From Clostridiales bacterium Firm_07 (lineage in GTDB: Bacteria > Bacillota > Clostridia > Oscillospirales > CAG-272), in assembly GCA_001604005.1 (NCBI GenBank), contig LVAM01000010.1, positions 85,244-149,243 on the forward strand: a DNA stretch of 64,000 nt. The letters are read 5' to 3'. The position numbers and the translations under genes are program-made. Positions 61,753 through 64,000 of the stretch are shown one piece after another (the first letter of the stretch is position 1; every line of letters begins with the position of its first letter). A model generated the notes under the pieces. It did not search any database. It had not been told where the DNA came from and was given only the letters and a program-made list of their open reading frames with translations.

Positions 61753-62169
61753 ATGCAAGAAAACGCTTCAATTTCGACGCCGAAATATACCGGCCGTATC
61801 GTCGCCGTCGTCATACTTCTCATCATTGCCGCCCTGCTCTTCACGTTTTTCACGATCTGCTCGGTTGCAATCGCCGATACGTCAAACAACGTGGAAAGTA
61901 CCCAAAACGAAAATACAGACGCTCAAAAACAAGCGGGAAACGCGCTCGCGTTCGTTTTTCTTTTGATTCTTTTCCTGCCCATCGCCTTACTGTGCGGCGG
62001 CGTTTCCGCAATTCTTTCGCTCATCTCGTTTTTCCTCGCGCTGACCGCTTACCGTCGCGTCGTCCTCACGGCAAGACGCCGTTTCTTCCTTGTCTCCTTC
62101 ATCCTCTCGGCACTCTTTTTCACCGGTGCCGTCGTCATCGGCATATTGCTCTTTGCCGTTTGGATCTGA
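61753..62169 (+). CDS. Hypothetical membrane protein (4 predicted TM helices)
   Basis: 138 aa from the ATG at 61753, preceded by AGGAGG. The ORF-track start at 61639 coincides with the promoter. Hydrophobic segments IVAVVILLIIAALLFTFFTI, ALAFVFLLILFLPIALLCGG and others. Confidence 0.65.
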   Translation: MQENASISTPKYTGRIVAVVILLIIAALLFTFFTICSVAIADTSNNVESTQNENTDAQKQAGNALAFVFLLILFLPIALLCGGVSAILSLISFFLALTAYRRVVLTARRRFFLVSFILSALFFTGAVVIGILLFAVWI

Positions 62170-62185
62170 CCTTCGAAAACTCATA

Positions 62186-62225
62186 CGCCCCGTATGGTAT
62201 CCCGCCATACGGGGTGCTTTTTTCG
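62186..62225 (+). terminator. Intrinsic terminator
   Basis: CGCCCCGTATGG-loop-CCATACGGGGTG followed by CTTTTTT. Confidence 0.8.
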
Positions 62226-62327
62226 CCATTTTATTGAAAAAGAGGCGGCGCTTTCTTTTTTTCGCATAATCTTCTGAAAACTGCAAAGACTATTCCCACA
62301 ACCAATGAAAAAAGGGAGATTTCGATT

Positions 62328-62867
62328 ATGAAAGCAACAGGAATTGTCAGAAGGATCGACGATCTCGGACGCGTGGTGATCCCGAAAGAGATCCGCCGTA
62401 CAATGCGCATCCGCGAAGGCGATCCGCTTGAAATATACACCGACAGAGAGGGAGAAGTGATCTTTAAGAAGTATTCTCCCATCGGAGAACTTGCATCGTT
62501 TGCGGGCGAATATGCCGAAACATTGCACAAAACCTGCGGCATTTCGGTCATCATCAGCGACCGCGACGCCGTCATCGCCACGGCGGGTGTCCCCCGCAAA
62601 GAATATACGGAAAAGACACTCTCCGAAGATCTGGAAAAGATCATTGCTTCCCGCAATCTGTACGTTTGGCAGGAAGGTATGGAAGAGTTGCACGCCGTGG
62701 AGGGCACAACGCCCTTTGTGCGCTGTGCGATGCCGATCCTCTCGCAAGGCGACATTGTGGGGTGCGTGATCTCGCTCCAAAGTGAAAAAAGCGCTCTGAC
62801 AAGCGATGTGGAATCCAAACTCATCCAAACCGCCGCCGGATTTCTCGGCAGGCAACTGGAAGCGTGA
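62328..62867 (+). CDS. spoVT: Stage V sporulation protein T (AbrB-family regulator)
   Basis: 179 aa. MKATGIVRRIDDLGRVVIPKEIRRTMRIREGDPLEIY is the SpoVT/AbrB swapped-hairpin N-terminus, followed by a GAF-like C-terminal domain. Confidence 0.92.
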   Translation: MKATGIVRRIDDLGRVVIPKEIRRTMRIREGDPLEIYTDREGEVIFKKYSPIGELASFAGEYAETLHKTCGISVIISDRDAVIATAGVPRKEYTEKTLSEDLEKIIASRNLYVWQEGMEELHAVEGTTPFVRCAMPILSQGDIVGCVISLQSEKSALTSDVESKLIQTAAGFLGRQLEA

Positions 62868-62868
62868 T

Positions 62869-62900
62869 AAAAGGGCTGTGGCGACGCCACAGCCCTTCTT
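62869..62900. terminator. Bidirectional hairpin between spoVT and the kinase gene
   Basis: AAGGGCTGTGG-CGACG-CCACAGCCCTT followed by CTTCTT. Confidence 0.65.
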
Positions 62901-62901
62901 C

Positions 62902-64000
62902 TTATTGCTCTTGATTTTGCGCGGTTTCGGTGTTTTTCCGTTCGCCGTCTGTTTTCGCCTGCGTTTCCTGCGGCTTCTCCGCCTCGGGTTCGCGCTTTTC
63001 GGGCAAGACGCCGAGCGGCACCGCACCCTCGGAAGAGCCGTAATAGCGGCTGTATCTGCCGTGCGTACCGTAGTAACGGGAACCGCTGTGCATATCGATA
63101 TCGTTCATCACCACGCCGACGATACGCGCGTTGACCGTGCGAAGTATATCCACCGAATCCATAAGGGCAGACATATTGGAATATCCCATACGCGCCACCA
63201 ACACGTATCCGGTGAGGACCGCCGCCAAAACGCCCGCGTCGCTGGCGGCGCAGATCGGAGGCAAGTCGATAAAGATGTAATCGTATTTTTCTTTCGCGGC
63301 TTCCAAAAGCGCGCTCATATGTTCGGAAGAAAGCAACTCACTGGAGTTGGGGGAGATACGTCCGCAGCTCATCAGATCCAGCCCCGCGTATTGCGTGGGG
63401 CGCACGCAATCGGTCAACGGGTCTTTGGAGATGCCCGCCAGCGCCTCTGAAAGTCCCGAGCGGCGCAGCGGAAATCCGAACGTACGGTGCAAAATGGGGC
63501 AACGCATATCGCCGTCGATCAGCAAAACGCGTTTGCCGAGCTGTGAAAATCCAACGGCGATGTTGGCGGCGATCAAACTCTTGCCGGCGCCCGAAAAGTC
63601 GGAAACGATGCCGAAGACCGGGCTCTTTTTGTCAGACGCCTCACCGACATAAATGAGGTTGGTACGAAGCGATTTGAACGCCTCCGCAATAGAGAACGGC
63701 GTATGTTGGTCAAGCAGTCGTCCCGACACGTCACGCTCGATCGCTCTGCCCTTTTTCAATTCTTTTCTCAGGGCTTTTTTGTTTTGCGCCAAAACTTTGG
63801 CGTTGTCGCCCAAACGTATCCACGTGGGGATATAACCGATCACGGGCAATTGCAGAGAATCTTCCAGCGTTTCCCCGTGATATACGGTATCGTCAAGCAA
63901 AGCGGCAAGGAAGAAGATCGCATACGTAAGAAGGAAGAGCGCGCCGCCGCCGAGCAGGGTGTTGCGGGGAATGTTCGGGGAATCCGGCACACTGTCCAGC
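62902..64000 (-). CDS. Polysaccharide-biosynthesis tyrosine autokinase (Wzz C-terminal TM segment fused to a CpsD/BY-kinase domain), 5'-partial
   Basis: The frame stays open to the window edge. TM segment GGGALFLLTYAIFFLAALL. Walker A SDFSGAGKS, Walker A' LLIDGDMRCP and Walker B YDYIFIDLPP are present. Tyr cluster SRYYGTHGRYSRYYGS is followed by a charged ~45-aa tail. Confidence 0.85.
   Translation of the reverse strand, partial: LDSVPDSPNIPRNTLLGGGALFLLTYAIFFLAALLDDTVYHGETLEDSLQLPVIGYIPTWIRLGDNAKVLAQNKKALRKELKKGRAIERDVSGRLLDQHTPFSIAEAFKSLRTNLIYVGEASDKKSPVFGIVSDFSGAGKSLIAANIAVGFSQLGKRVLLIDGDMRCPILHRTFGFPLRRSGLSEALAGISKDPLTDCVRPTQYAGLDLMSCGRISPNSSELLSSEHMSALLEAAKEKYDYIFIDLPPICAASDAGVLAAVLTGYVLVARMGYSNMSALMDSVDILRTVNARIVGVVMNDIDMHSGSRYYGTHGRYSRYYGSSEGAVPLGVLPEKREPEAEKPQETQAKTDGERKNTETAQNQEQ

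Noticed and set aside
62226-62327. Forespore (sigma-G/F type) promoter upstream of spoVT (GCATAA...AAGACTA)
   Set aside because: The match to the consensus as I remember it is loose. I cannot support it beyond the expectation that spoVT is sigma-G dependent.
1-64000. Transposases, integrases, IS elements, rRNA genes or cas/defence gene cassettes
   Set aside because: No ORF in either strand showed DDE/tyrosine/serine recombinase, Cas, restriction-modification or other recognisable defence signatures on reading the translations.

Overview
GC-rich chromosome segment that looks like a spore-forming Firmicute (Clostridia-type), judging from spoVT, a glgD-containing glycogen operon, a Prp-type protease and strong GGAGG ribosome-binding sites. 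Nearly every operon start has a near-consensus TTGACA-17-TATAAT promoter. Layout, left to right: (1) 1-10553, the right-hand part of a prophage. A leftward morphogenesis operon runs Cys-rich protein, TerS-like, TerL, portal, Prp-like protease, scaffold, major capsid, small head proteins, holin-like protein and a large structural protein that runs off the window. It faces a divergent XRE + ImmA-like module. (2) 10610-24104, a seven-gene leftward ABC locus with two permease pairs, one giant binding protein, a 1217-aa DUF5696-like secreted protein and an NHL-TPR-Yip1 membrane protein, but no ATPase gene. This is my best candidate for an undescribed system. (3) 24105-24595, an AT-rich spacer with no convincing gene. 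(4) 24596-28825, a 1409-aa membrane-anchored protein built from 54-aa acidic repeats, with a C8 tract at codons 24-26. (5) Housekeeping and glycan genes: a PF06541-like membrane protein, asnA, asnS, an AraC regulator, a GH127-like gene and two GH20 genes. (6) 38434-41976, a lower-GC islet with an XRE regulator, an 81-aa ORF and a BspA-type LRR lipoprotein. It lies next to a tRNA Val-Gly-Cys operon flanked by extra copies of the tRNA-Cys 3' end. (7) 42679-47070, a 1464-aa secreted protein with about 20 GGTF-type beta-helix repeats. (8) An operon of two CNNM/CorC paralogs plus rnhA, then yerC. (9) A glycogen operon, glgB-glgC-glgD-glgA-glgP-GH13 plus a 112-aa ORF. (10) A small membrane protein, spoVT, and the 3' part of a Wzz-fused tyrosine autokinase. 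No CRISPR array, rRNA, transposase or integrase was seen. The many long antisense ORFs in the supplied track are treated as GC-driven artefacts. All family assignments come from motif recognition by eye and still need HMM or BLAST confirmation.
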